Below are positions 1 to 13,900 of a DNA stretch of 64,000 nt, piece after piece. Origin of the DNA: Somniosus microcephalus (taxonomy: Eukaryota); contig CM126214.1 in assembly GCA_052327205.1 (NCBI GenBank), forward strand, positions 930,001 through 994,000, given 5' to 3'. Position 1 is the first letter of the stretch, and the number at the start of each line of letters is the position of its first letter. Made by a program: the position numbers and the translations under genes. The notes under the pieces were generated by a model. The model was not told the origin of the DNA. It saw nothing but the letters and a program-made list of their open reading frames with translations, and searched no databases.

Positions 1-149
1 TGAAGCAGTCTGGGCTATTTGGAGTTGGGATACAATGCTAGGGCAGCATGGAGGGAACACGGGAAGGATCCCAGTACTGCCATCTCACCATGTTAACCCC
101 TGCAATCCTCCCACAATCACTCCCTGATGCTGCCCCCACATTATAAGAT

Positions 150-436
150 GCTGTACCTGCCCTGGGAGTGTTTGATGGGACAGTGTAGAGGGAGCTTTAC
201 TCTGTATCTAACCCGTGCTGTATCTGCCCTGGGAGTGTTTGATGGGACAGTGTAGAGGGAGCTTGTCTCTGTATCTAACCCGTGCTGTACCTGCCCTGGG
301 AGTGTTTGACGGGACAGTGTAGAGGGAGCTTTACTCTGTATCTGACCCGTGCTGTACCTGCCCTGGGAGTGTTTGATGGGACAGTGTAGAGGGAGCTTTA
401 CTCTGTATCTAACCCGTGCTGTACCTGCCCTGGGAG
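150..436 (+). repeat. 67-bp tandem repeat, left part of a LINE-interrupted array
   Basis: About 4 copies of ctgtacctgccctgggagtgtttgatgggacagtgtagagggagctttactctgtatctaacccgtg. Confidence 0.95.
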
Positions 437-1483
437 CTTTTTTAAATTTGTTTATGCGATGTGGGCGTCGCTGGCAAGGCCAGCATTTGTTGCCCATCCC
501 TAGTTGCCCTTGAGAAGGTGGCGGTGAGCTGCTGCCTTGAACCGCTGCAGTCCGTGTGGTGAAGGTACTCCCACAGTGCTGTTAGGTAGGCAGTTCCAGG
601 ACTTTGACCCAGCGACGATGAAGGATCGGCGATATACTTCTAAGTCAGCTATGCGTGTGACTTGGAGGGGAACTTGGAGGTGGTGGTGTTCCCATGTGCC
701 TGCTGCCCTTGTCCTTCTAGGTGGTAGAGCTCGTGGGTTTGGGAGGTGCTGCTGAAGAAGCCTTGGCGAGTTGCTGCAGTGCATCTTGTAGATGGTATAC
801 ACTGCAGCCATGGTACGCCGGTGGTGGAGGGAGTGAATGTTTCAGGTGGTGGATGGGTTGCCAATCAAGCGGGCTGCTTTGCCCTGGATGGTGTCGAGCT
901 TCTTGAGTGTTGTTGGAGCTACACTCATCCAGGCAAGTGGAGAGTATTCCATCACACTCCTGACTTGTGTCTTGTAGATGGTGGAAAGGCTTTGGGGAGT
1001 CAGGAGGTGAGACACTCGCCACAGAATACCCAGCCTCTGACCTGCTCTTGTTGCCACAGTATTTATGTGGCTGGTCCAGTTAAGTTTCTGGTCAATGGTG
1101 ACCCCCAGGATGTTGATGGTGGGGAATTTGGCGATGGTAATGCCATTGAATGTCAAGGGGCGGTGGTTAGACTCTCGTTTGTTGGAGATGGTCACTGCCT
1201 GGCACTTCTGTGGCGCGAATGTTCCCTGCCACTTATCAGCCCAAGCCTGAACGTTGTCCAGGTCTTGTTGCATTTGGGCATGGACTGCTTCATTATCTGA
1301 GGAGTTGTGAATGGCGCTGAACACTGTGCAGTCATCAGTGAACATCCCCATTTCTGACCTTATGTTGGAGGGAAGATCATTGATGAAGCAGCTGAAGATG
1401 GTTGGGCCTAGGACACTGCCCTGAGGACCTCCTGCAGCGATGTCCCGGGGCTGTGATGATTGACCTTCAATCACCACAACCAG
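437..1483 (-). mobile_element. 5'-truncated non-LTR retrotransposon, CR1/L2 group (L2/Crack-like): RT C-terminus and 3' end
   Basis: ORF 842..1477 has PQGSVLGP and FTDD RT motifs. The 3' tail lies near 437-500. Exact clade is uncertain. Confidence 0.85.
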
Positions 1484-1748
1484 TGGTTTGATGGGACAGT
1501 GTAGAGGGAATTTTACTCTGTATCTAACCCGTGCTGTACCTGCCCTGGGAGTGTTTGATGGGACAGTGTAGTGGGAGCTTTACTCTGTATCTAACCTGTG
1601 CTGTACCTGCCCTGGGAGTGTTTGATGGGACAGTGTAGAGGGAGCTTTACTCTGTATCTAACCCGTGCTGTACCTGCCCTGGGAGTGTTTGATGGAACAG
1701 TGTAGAGGGAGCTTTACTCTGTAACTAACCCATACTGTACTTGTCCTG
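1484..1748 (+). repeat. 67-bp tandem repeat, right part of the array
   Basis: Same unit resumes after the LINE, about 4 copies. Confidence 0.95.
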
Positions 1749-2339
1749 AGACTCTAATCTAAAAGAAATGTCATATAATATCCTCTCCCTCGGTTGCATG
1801 GATCGACTCGCCACTGTAGTTTGTCACAGTTACTGCACCTTCCGACAGGAGTCCAAATGGTTTACCCAGGAAGATAAAGAGGTGGCAGGGGCCTACAACT
1901 AGCATCAGTGTCCATGGGCGAGGGCATGGGTGCAGGGGGATGGGGGCAGATCATCCATTGGCACCTTCTGCAAAGTGCATGTTTGTGGACAAGATCAGGC
2001 CTAACTGTGATGGCACTACGGGTGAATATCGTGCCACCTGTCACGCTTACAGGGGAAAACTGGTCCTTCCTTCCCTGGGCCTGACCCCAGACTGCTGCAG
2101 GGAAACTCAAAATGTTATCAATTCCCTAATGGCAAGACGTTGTTCTGTGTGGGAGGGCTGCCCAGCAGGCTGCTGGGAGAAGTCTCATCACTACTGATCT
2201 CTGCCAGAGGGCTGCAGTGCCCCGATTCCCAGCACTTCCTGCCGCTGTTTGTTATCTCACCAGCCACCTTCTCCGCTCCAAGCCTTGTGACACTCTACTC
2301 CCTGTTGAATGCATTGCCTAAACCTGCATTCACACTGAA

Positions 2340-3340
2340 TCAGGGCAGTGCCCTAGGCCCAATCATCTTCAGCTGCTCCATCAATGACCTCCAGCACACC
2401 CCCCCCCCCATCATAAGGTCAGAAGTGGGGATGTTCACTGATGATTGCACAGAGTTCGGCTCCATTCACAACTCCTCAGACAATGAAGCAGTCCATGCCC
2501 ACATGCAGCAAGACCTGGACAACATTTAGGCTTGGGCTGATAAGTGGCAGGTAACATTCGCGCCACACATGTGCCAGGCAATTATTTTCTCCAACAAGCG
2601 AGAGTCTAACCACCGCCCTTGACATAAAATGGCATTACCATCGCCGAATCCCCCACCATCAACATCCTGGGGGGTCACTATTGACCAGAAACTTAACTGG
2701 ACCAGCCACATAAATACTGTGGCTACAAGAGCAGGTCAGAGGCTGGGTATTCTGCAGCGAGTATCTCACCTCCTGACGCCCCAAAGCCTTTCCACCATCT
2801 ACAAGACACAAGTCAGGAGTGTGATGGAATACTCTCCACTTGCCTGGATGAGTGCAGCTCCAACAACACTCAAGAAGCTCGACACCATCCAGGGCAAAGC
2901 AGCCCGCTTGATTGGCACCCCATCCACCACCTGAAACATTCACTCCCTCCACCACCGGCGTACCGTGGCTGCAGTGTGCACCATCTACAAGATGCACTGC
3001 AGCAACTCGCCAAGGCTTCTTCAGCAGCATTTCCCAAACACGCGACCTCTACCACCTAGAAGGACAAGGGCAGCAGGCGCATGGGAACACCACCACCTCC
3101 AAGTTCCTCTCCAAGTCACACACCATCCTGACTTGGAAATATATCGCCGATCCTTCATCGTCGCTGGGTCAAAATCCTGGAACTCTCTCCCTACCAGCAC
3201 TGTGGGAGCACCTTCACCACACGGACTGCAGCGGTTCAAGAAGGCGGCTCACCACCACCTTCTCGAGGACGACTAGGGATGGGCAATAAATGTCGGCCTT
3301 GTTGGCGACGCCCACAACCCAGGAATGAATATTTTTTTAA
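2340..3340 (+). mobile_element. Second copy of the same L2/Crack-like LINE, inverted relative to 437-1483
   Basis: Near-identical peptides (GVTIDQKLNWTSHINTVATRAGQRLGIL...) with frameshifts. 3' tail gggatgggcaataaatg...gacgcccaca. Confidence 0.85.
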
Positions 3341-3494
3341 TCAGTGGCCTTACCTTGACTCTACCCCAGGAGTGAGTTTAGCAAGACATCGTATCGACTA
3401 CAACCCTTCGGGGTGTCAGAAAAAACTCAAAGCAGCGCAAATCACTCACTAAGAAATTCAACATTTTTAAAAATAAACTTGGTTGGGCAAACCT

Positions 3495-3868
3495 GGGGGG
3501 GTGGGGGGGTCGGGTGAGGCCAGGGGGTTGGAGGTTCCTGGGGGTCGGGGGTTGCCTGGGGTTGGAGGTTCCTGGGGGTCGGGGGTTGCCTGGGGTTGGA
3601 GGTTCCTGGGGGTCGGGGGTTGCCTGGGGTTGGTGGTTCCTGGGGGTCGGGGGTTGCCTGGGGTCGGGGGTTCCTGGGGGTCGGGGTTGCCTGGGGTTGG
3701 AGGTTCCTGGGGGTCGGGTGAGGCCAGGGGGTTGGAGGTTCCTGGGGGTCGGGTGAGGCCAGGGGGTTGGAGGTTCCTGGGGGTCGGGGGTTGCCTGGGG
3801 TTGGGGGTTCCTGGGGGTCGGGGGTTGGAGGTTCCTGGGGGTCGGGGGTTGCCTGGGGTTGGGGGTTC
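3495..3868 (+). repeat. G-rich ~34-bp minisatellite with G-quadruplex potential
   Basis: Units like ggggttggaggttcctgggggtcgggggttgcct. Confidence 0.9.
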
Positions 3869-3937
3869 ACTACTGATAGCTGTGTGTAGCTGCTGTGTTG
3901 TGCTAACCCGACCTGTCTCGCTGTCTTTCCCACCCAG

Positions 3938-4149
3938 TGACGGGAGAGTCTCCCCCAAGTCTGTCGAAGGAGCTGACCAATTCACTCGCGGGCGTTGGAG
4001 ATGTGACCTTTGACACCGACTCCCAGTTTCCTCTCGATGAACTGAAAATTGACCCCTTAACGCTGGACGGTCTGCACATGCTGAATGACCCGGACATGGT
4101 GCTGACAGACCCTGCTACAGAGGATACTTTCCGCATGGATCGCCTGTAG
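3938..4149 (+). CDS. CRTC1: CREB-regulated transcription coactivator 1, last coding exon (C-terminal transactivation domain)
   Basis: (V)[69 protein letters not shown] matches the CRTC1 C-terminus as I recall it. Branch point tgctaac at 3901, pyrimidine tract, AG at 3936-3937, TAG at 4147-4149. Tail-to-tail with COMP, as in human. Confidence 0.95.
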
Positions 4150-4924
4150 AATGGGACACTCGGACCCTGGACAGACCGGCGACGCAGGCCAAAAACCCGC
4201 CAGGGAGCGGAAACTGAGCGACCGAGTGCGACTGGTGGAATGATGTTAGCGTGAGAGCCTAAGGTGCAATGAATTGCGCTTCTTGATGCGAGCTTGCAAC
4301 ACCGCGACCCTGAATGAACCAAGTATAGCGCTTGCAGCTGTGTGGCGTGCTCCTCCATTGCAGCCTTTCATTGACTCCATTTCATCCCCGGTCCTCTTGA
4401 TTTATTTTCCGTTACCCATTTCTATTGTCCTCTTGGCCACGGTGGGCTGTCAGTGCGTCATTATCATCGGCAGGTTTATGAGTAGTGAGGAATCTACCTG
4501 TGAGCTAACAACTGACAGCAACACACGGCAGCTGCAGCCCTACAGGGTGGTGACATTATCATTAACCTGAAGTCACCAGTCCGAGGATCCCCTCGGTCGC
4601 TGTTGCCATTGTATCTCCCGTGCTGCTCGATTCTTATTTATATTTTTATATTTGTCTGTGGTTTCTCTCTCCTGCCCCGTTCCCCTCACTGCGCTTGTGT
4701 TCAGCAAAAGCCACTGCCTTGTTGTATGTTGCTGAGAAAGTGAGCGAGAGAATGATCTGACACGAGAGCTAAGTGCATGGACTGAAATTGTATTACAGCC
4801 AGTGTTTACCAGGGGCGCACTCTTGCTCCCGTTTGTGTCCCTTTCATTAATTTTTTTCCAGCAGCTTTTAAAAAAGAATCTTGACATTTTGTACCAGTTG
4901 GAGATCAGTGTTTGCTGCCAACTG

Positions 4925-7900
4925 CCTCCGTGAGAAACGGAACATTCTCGCCCTCCCTCAGTGAGAAACCGATCATTGTCGCCCTCCCTCAGTGAGAAAC
5001 CGATCATTCTCGCCCTCAGTGAGAAACCGATCATTCTCGCCCTCCCTCAGTGAGAAACCGATCATTCTCGCCCTCCCTCCGTGAGAAACCGATCATTCTC
5101 GCCCTCCCTCAGTGAGAAACCGATCATTCTCGCCCTCCCTCCGTGAGAAACCGATCATTCTCGCCCTCCCTCAGTGAGAAACCGATCATTGTCGCCCTCC
5201 CTCAGTGAGAAACCGATCATTCTCGCCCTCCCTCAGTGAGAAACCGATCATTCTCACCCTCCCTCAGTGAGAAACCGATCATTGTCGCCCTCCCTCCGTG
5301 AGAAACCGATCATTGTCGCCCTCCCTCAGTGAGAAACCGATCATTGTCGCCCTCCCTCAGTGAGAAACCGATCATTCTCGCCCTCCCTCAGTGAGAAACG
5401 GAACATTGTCGCCCTCCCTCAGTGAGAAACCGATCATTCTCGCCCTCCCTCAGTGAGAAACCGATCATTCTTGCCCTCCCTCAGTGAGAAACCGATCATT
5501 CTCGCCCTCCCTCAGTGAGAAACGGAACATTCTCGCCCTCCCTCAGTGAGAAACCGATCATTCTCGCCCTCCCTCAGTGAGAAACCGATCATTCTCGCCC
5601 TCCCTCAGTGAGAAACCGATCATTCTCGCCCTCCCTCAGTGAGAAACCGATCATTCTCGCCCTCCCTCCGTGAGAAACCGATCATTCTCGCCCTCCCTCA
5701 GTGAGAAACCGATCATTCTCGCCCTCCCTCCGTGAGAAACCGATCATTCTCGCCCTCCCTCAGTGGGAAACCGATCATTGTCGCCCTCCCTCAGTGAGAA
5801 ACCGATCATTCTCGCCCTCCCTCTGAGAAACCGATCATTCTCGCCCTCCCTCAGTGAGAAACCGATCATTGTCGCCCTCCCTCAGTGAGAAACCGATCAT
5901 TCTCGCCCTCCCTCAGTGAGAAACCGATCATTCTCACCCTCAGTGAGAAACCGATCATTGTCGCCCTCCCTCAGTGAGAAACCGATCATTGTCGCCCTCC
6001 CTCAGTGAGAAACGGAACATTGTCGCCCTCCCTCAGTGAGAAACGGAACATTGTCGCCCTCCCTCAGTGAGAAACCGATCATTCTCGCCCTCCCTCAGTG
6101 AGAAACCGATCATTCTTGCCCTCCCTCAGTGAGAAACCGATCATTCTCGCCCTCCCTCAGTGAGAAACGGAACATTCTCGCCCTCCCTCAGTGAGAAACC
6201 GATCATTCTCGCCCTCCCTCAGTGGGAAACCGATCATTCTCGCCCTCCCTCTGAGAAACCGATCATTCTCGCCCTCCCTCAGTGAGAAACCGATCATTCT
6301 CGCCCTCCCTCAGTGAGAAACCGATCATTCTCGCCCTCCCTCCGTGAGAAACCGATCATTCTCGCCCTCCCTCAGTGAGAAACCGATCATTCTCGCCCTC
6401 CCTCAGTGAGAAACCGATCATTCTCGCCCTCCCTCAGTGGAAACCGATCATTCTCGCCCTCCCTCAGTGAGAAACCGATCATTCTCGCCCTCCCTCAGTG
6501 AGAAACCGATCATTCTCGCCCTCCCTCTGAGAAACCGATCATTCTCGCCCTCCCTCTGAGAAACCGATCATTCTCGCCCTCCCTCAGTGAGAAACCGATC
6601 ATTCTCGCCCTCCCTCAGTGAGAAACCGATCATTCTCGCCCTCCCTCAGTGAGAAACGGAACAGACTCGCCCTCCCTCAGTGAGAAACCGATCATTCTCG
6701 CCCTCCCTCAGTGAGAAACCGATCATTCTCGCCCTCCCTCAGTGAGAAACCGATCATTCTCGCCCTCCCTCAGTGAGAAACCGATCATTCTCGCCCTCCC
6801 TCTGAGAAACCGATCATTCTCGCCCTCCCTCAGTGAGAAACCGATCATTCTCGCCCTCCCTCTGAGAAACCGATCATTCTCGCCCTCCCTCAGTGAGAAA
6901 CCGATCATTCTCGCCCTCAGTGAGAAACCGATCATTCTCGCCCTCCCTCAGTGAGAAACCGATCATTCTCGCCCTCCCTCAGTGAGAAACCGATCATTCT
7001 CGCCCTCCCTCTGAGAAACCGATCATTCTCGCCCTCCCTCAGTGAGAAACCGATCATTCTCGCCCTCCCTCAGTGAGAAACCGATCATTCTCGCCCTCCC
7101 TCAGTGAGAAACCGATCATTCTCGCCCTCCCTCAGTGAGAAACCGATCATTCTCGCCCTCCCTCAGTGAGAAACCGATCATTCTCGCCCTCCCTCAGTGA
7201 GAAACCGATCATTCTCGCCCTCCCTCAGTGAGAAACCGATCATTCTCGCCCTCCCTCAGTGAGAAACCGATCATTCTCGCCCTCCCTCTGAGAAACCGAT
7301 CATTCTCGCCCTCCCTCAGTGAGAAACCGATCATTCTCGCCCTCCCTCAGTGAGAAACGGAACATTCTCGCCCTCCCTCAGTGAGAAACGGAACATTCTC
7401 GCCCTCCCTCAGTGAGAAACCGATCATTCTCGCCCTCCCTCAGTGAGAAACGGAACATTCTCGCCCTCCCTCAGTGAGAAACCGATCATTCTCGCCCTCC
7501 CTCAGTGAGAAACCGATCATTCTCGCCCTCCTTCAGTGAGAAACCGATCATTCTCGCCCTCCCTCCGTGAGAAACGGAACATTCTCGCCCTCCCTCTGAG
7601 AAACCGATCATTCTCGCCCTCCCTCTGAGAAACCGATCATTCTCGCCCTCCCTCTGAGAAACCGATCATTCTCGCCCTCCCTCAGTGAGAAACCGATCAT
7701 TCTCGCCCTCAGTGAGAAACCGATCATTGTCGCCCTCCCTCAGTGAGAAACCGATCATTCTCGCCCTCCCTCAGTGAGAAACCGACCATTCTCGCCCTCC
7801 CTCAGTGAGAAACCGATCATTCTCGCCCTCCCTCAGTGAGAAACCGATCATTCTCGCCCTCCCTCAGTGAGAAACCGATCATTCTCGCCCTCCCTCAGTG

Positions 7901-10900
7901 AGAAACCGATCATTCTCGCCCTCCCTCAGTGGGAAACCGATCATTCTCGCCCTCCCTCAGTGAGAAACCGATCATTCTCGCCCTCCCTCTGAGAAACCGA
8001 TCATTCTCGCCCTCCCTCAGTGAGAAACCGATCATTCTCGCCCTCCCTCAGTGAGAAACCGATCATTCTCGCCCTCCCTCAGTGAGAAACCAATCATTCT
8101 CGCCCTCCCTCAGTGAGAAACGGAACATTCTCGCCCTCCCTCAGTGAGAAACCGATCATTCTCGCCCTCCCTCAGTGAGAAACCGACCATTCTCGCCCTC
8201 CCTCAGTGAGAAACCGATCATTCTCGCCCTCCCTCAGTGAGAAACCGATCATTCTCGCCCTCCCTCTGAGAAACCGATCATTCTCGCCCTCCCTCAGTGA
8301 GAAACCGATCATTCTCGCCCTCCCTCTGAGAAACCGATCATTCTCGCCCTCCCTCAGTGAGAAACCGATCATTCTCGCCCTCCCTCTGAGAAACCGAACA
8401 TTCTCGCCCTCCCTCAGTGAGAAACCGATCATTCTCGCCCTCCCTCTGAGAAACCGATCAGACTTGCCCTCCCTCAGTGAGAAACCGATCATTCTCGCCC
8501 TCCCTCAGTGAGAAACCGATCATTCTCGCCCTCCCTCTGAGAAACCGAACATTCTCGCCCTCCCTCAGTGAGAAACCGATCATTCTCGCCCTCCCTCAGT
8601 GAGAAACCGATCATTCTCGCCCTCCCTCTGAGAAACCGATCATTCTCGCCCTCCCTCAGTGAGAAACCGATCATTCTCGCCCTCCCTCAGTGAGAAACCG
8701 ATCATTCTCGCCCTCCCTCAGTGAGAAACCGATCATTCTCGCCCTCCCTCAGTGAGAAACCGATCATTCTCGCCCTCCCTCAGTGAGAAACCGATCATTC
8801 TCGCCCTCCCTCAGTGAGAAACCGATCATTCTCGCCCTCCCTCAGTGAGAAACCGATCATTCTCGCCCTCCCTCAGTGGGAAACCGATCATTCTCGCCCT
8901 CCCTCAGTGAGAAACCGATCATTCTCGCCCTCCCTCAGTGAGAAACCGATCATTCTCGCCCTCCCTCAGTGAGAAACCGATCATTCTCGCCCTCCCTCAG
9001 TGAGAAACCGATCATTCTCGCCCTCCCTCTGAGAAACCGATCATTCTCGCCCTCCCTCAGTGAGAAACCGATCATTCTCGCCCTCCCTCAGTGAGAAACC
9101 GATCATTCTCGCCCTCCCTCTGAGAAACCGATCATTCTCGCCCTCCCTCTGAGAAACCGATCATTCTCGCCCTCCCTCAGTGAGAAACCGATCATTCTCG
9201 CCCTCCCTCTGAGAAACGGAACATTCTCGCCCTCCCTCAGTGAGAAACCGATCATTCTCGCCCTCCCTCAGTGAGAAACCGATCATTCTCGCCCTCCCTC
9301 AGTGAGAAACGGAACATTCTCGCCCTCCCTCAGTGAGAAACCGATCATTCTCGCCCTCCCTCTGAGAAACCGAACATTCTCGCCCTCCCTCAGTGAGAAA
9401 CCGATCATTCTCGCCCTCCCTCTGAGAAACCGATCAGACTTGCCCTCCCTCAGTGAGAAACCGATCATTCTCGCCCTCCCTCAGTGAGAAACCGATCATT
9501 CTCGCCCTCCCTCTGAGAAACCGAACATTCTCGCCCTCCCTCAGTGAGAAACCGATCATTCTCGCCCTCCCTCAGTGAGAAACGGATCATTCTCGCCCTC
9601 CCTCAGTGAGAAACCGATCATTCTCGCCCTCCCTCTGAGAAACCGATCATTCTCGCCCTCCCTCAGTGAGAAACCGATCATTCTCGCCCTCCCTCAGTGA
9701 GAAACCGATCATTCTCGCCCTCCCTCAGTGAGAAACCGATCATTCTCGCCCTCCCTCAGTGAGAAACCGATCATTCTCGCCCTCCCTCAGTGAGAAACCG
9801 ATCATTCTCGCCCTCCCTCAGTGAGAAACCGATCATTCTCGCCCTCCCTCAGTGAGAAACCGATCATTCTCGCCCTCCCTCAGTGGGAAACCGATCATTC
9901 TCGCCCTCCCTCAGTGAGAAACCGATCATTCTCGCCCTCCCTCAGTGAGAAACCGATCATTCTCGCCCTCCCTCAGTGAGAAACCGATCATTCTCGCCCT
10001 CCCTCAGTGAGAAACCGATCATTCTCGCCCTCCCTCTGAGAAACCGATCATTCTCGCCCTCCCTCAGTGAGAAACCGATCATTCTCGCCCTCCCTCAGTG
10101 AGAAACGGAACATTCTCGCCCTCCCTCCGTGAGAAACCGATCATTCTCGCCCTCCCTCAGTGAGAAACCGATCATTCTCGCCCTCCCTCAGTGAGAAACC
10201 GATCATTCTCGCCCTCCCTCAGTGAGAAACCGATCATTCTCGCCCTCCCTCAGTGAGAAACGGAACATTCTCGCCCTCCCTCAGTGAGAAACCGATCATT
10301 CTCGCCCTCCCTCAGTGAGAAACCGATCATTCTCGCCCTCCCTCTGAGAAACCGATCATTCTCGCCCTCCCTCAGTGAGAAACGGAACATTCTCGCCCTC
10401 CCTCAGTGAGAAACCGATCATTCTCGCCCTCCCTCAGTGAGAAACCGATCATTCTCGCCCTCCTTCAGTGAGAAACCGATCATTCTCGCCCTCCCTCTGA
10501 GAAACCGATCATTCTCGCCCTCCCTCCGTGAGAAACGGAACATTCTCGCCCTCCCTCTGAGAAACCGATCATTCTCGCCCTCCCTCTGAGAAACCGATCA
10601 TTCTCGCCCTCCCTCTGAGAAACCGATCATTCTCGCCCTCCCTCTGAGAAACCGATCATTCTCGCCCTCCCTCAGTGAGAAACCGATCATTCTCGCCCTC
10701 AGTGAGAAACCGATCATTGTCGCCCTCCCTCAGTGAGAAACCGATCATTCTCGCCCTCCCTCAGTGAGAAACCGATCATTCTCGCCCTCCCTCAGTGAGA
10801 AACCGACCATTCTCGCCCTCCCTCAGTGAGAAACCGATCATTCTCACCCTCCCTCAGTGAGAAACCGATCATTCTCGCCCTCCCTCAGTGAGAAACCGAT

Positions 10901-13900
10901 CATTCTCGCCCTCCCTCAGTGAGAAACCGATCATTCTCGCCCTCCCTCCGTGAGAAACCGAACATTCTCGCCCTCCCTCAGTGAGAAACCGATCATTCTC
11001 GCCCTCCCTCAGTGAGAAACCGATCATTCTCGCCCTCCCTCAGTGAGAAACCGATCATTCTCGCCCTCCCTCAGTGAGAAACCGATCATTCTCGCCCTCC
11101 CTCCGTGAGAAACCGATCATTCTCGCCCTCCCTCAGTGAGAAACCGATCATTCTCGCCCTCCTTCAGTGAGAAACCGATCATTCTCGCCCTCCCTCTGAG
11201 AAACCGATCATTCTCGCCCTCCCTCTGAGAAACCGATCATTCTCGCCCTCCCTCAGTGAGAAACTGATCATTCTCGCCCTCCCTCAGTGAGAAACCGATC
11301 ATTCTCGCCCTCCCTCCGTGAGAAACCGATCATTCTCGCCCTCCCTCTGAGAAACCGATCATTCTCGCCCTCCCTCAGTGAGAAACCGATCATTCTCGCC
11401 CTCCCTCAGTGAGAAACCGATCATTCTCACCCTCCCTCAGTGAGAAACCGATCATTCTCGCCCTCCCTCAGTGAGAAACCGATCATTCTCGCCCTCCCTC
11501 AGTGAGAAACGGAACAGACTCGCCCTCCCTCAGTGAGAAACCGATCATTCTCGCCCTCCCTCAGTGAGAAACCGATCATTCTCGCCCTCCCTCAGTGAGA
11601 AACCGATCATTCTCGCCCTCCCTCAGTGAGAAACCGATCATTCTCGCCCTCCCTCAGTGAGAAACCGATCATTCTCGCCCTCCCTCAGTGAGAAACCGAT
11701 CATTCTCGCCCTCCCTCAGTGAGAAACCGATCATTCTCGCCCTCCCTCTGAGAAACCGATCATTCTCGCCCTCCCTCAGTGGGAAACCGATCATTCTCAC
11801 CCTCCCTCAGTGAGAAACCGATCATTCTCGCCCTCCCTCAGTGAGAAACCGATCATTCTCGCCCTCCCTCCGTGAGAAACCGATCATTCTCGCCCTCCCT
11901 CAGTGAGAAACCGATCATTCTCGCCCTCCCTCAGTGAGAAACCGATCATTCTCGCCCTCCCTCAGTGAGAAACCGATCATTCTCGCCCTCCCTCAGTGAG
12001 AAACCGATCATTCTCGCCCTCCCTCAGTGAGAAACCGATCATTCTCGCCCTCCCTCAGTGAGAAACCGATCATTCTCACCCTCCCTCAGTGAGAAACCGA
12101 TCATTCTCGCCCTCCCTCAGTGAGAAACCGATCATTCTCGCCCTCCCTCAGTGAGAAACGGAACAGACTCGCCCTCCCTCTGAGAAACCGATCATTCTCG
12201 CCCTCCCTCAGTGAGAAACCGATCATTCTCGCCCTCCCTCAGTGAGAAACCGATCATTCTCGCCCTCCCTCAGTGAGAAACCGATCATTCTCGCCCTCCC
12301 TCTGAGAAACCGATCATTCTCGCCCTCCCTCAGTGAGAAACCGATCATTCTCGCCCTCCCTCAGTGAGAAACCGATCATTCTCGCCCTCCCTCAGTGGGA
12401 AACCGATCATTCTCGCCCTCCCTCAGTGAGAAACCGATCATTCTCGCCCTCCCTCAGTGGGAAACCGATCATTCTCGCCCTCCCTCAGTGAGAAACCGAT
12501 CATTCTCGCCCTCCCTCTGAGAAACCGATCATTCTCGCCCTCCCTCAGTGAGAAACCGATCATTCTCGCCCTCCCTCTGAGAAACCGATCATTCTCGCCC
12601 TCCCTCCGTGAGAAACCGATCATTCTCGCCCTCCCTCAGTGAGAAACCGATCATTCTCGCCCTCCCTCAGTGAGAAACCGATCATTCTCGCCCTCCCTCA
12701 GTGAGAAACCGATCATTCTCACCCTCCCTCAGTGAGAAACCGATCATTCTCGCCCTCCCTCAGTGAGAAACCGATCATTCTCGCCCTCCCTCAGTGAGAA
12801 ACCGATCATTCTCGCCCTCCCTCAGTGAGAAACCGATCATTCTCGCCCTCCCTCTGAGAAACCGATCATTCTCGCCCTCCCTCAGTGAGAAACCGATCAT
12901 TCTCGCCCTCAGTGAGAAACCGATCATTCTCGCCCTCCCTCAGTGAGAAACGGAACATTCTTGCCCTCCCTCAGTGGGAAACCGATCATTGTCGCCCTCC
13001 CTCAGTGAGAAACCGATCATTCTCGCCCTCCCTCAGTGAGAAACCGATCATTCTCGCCCTCCCTCTGAGAAACCGATCATTCTCGCCCTCCCTCTGAGAA
13101 ACCGATCATTCTCGCCCTCCCTCAGTGGGAAACCGATCATTCTCGCCCTCCCTCTGAGAAACGGAACATTCTCGCCCTCCCTCAGTGAGAAACCGATCAT
13201 TCTCGCCCTCCCTCAGTGGGAAACCGATCATTGTCGCCCTCCCTCAGTGAGAAACCGATCATTCTCGCCCTCCCTCAGTGAGAAACCGATCATTCTCGCC
13301 CTCCCTCTGAGAAACCGATCATTGTCGCCCTCCCTCAGTGAGAAACCGATCATTCTCGCCCTCCCTCAGTGAGAAACCGATCATTCTCGCCCTCCCTCAG
13401 TGAGAAACCGATCATTCTCGCCCTCCCTCAGTGGGAAACCGATCATTCTCGCCCTCCCTCAGTGAGAAACCGATCATTCTCGCCCTCCCTCAGTGAGAAA
13501 CCGATCATTCTCGCCCTCCCTCTGAGAAACCGAACATTCTCGCCCTCCCTCAGTGAGAAACCGATCATTCTCGCCCTCCCTCAGTGAGAAACCGATCATT
13601 CTCGCCCTCAGTGAGAAACCGATCATTGTCGCCCTCCCTCCGTGAGAAACCGATCATTCTCGTCCTCCCTCAGTGAGAAACCGATCATTCTCGCCCTCCC
13701 TCAGTGAGAAACCGATCATTCTCGCCCTCCCTCTGAGAAACCGATCATTCTCGCCCTCCCTCAGTGAGAAACCGATCATTCTCGCCCTCCCTCAGTGAGA
13801 AACCGATCATTCTCGCCCTCCCTCAGTGAGAAACCGATCATTCTCGCCCTCCCTCTGAGAAACCGATCATTCTCGCCCTCCCTCAGTGAGAAACCGATCA

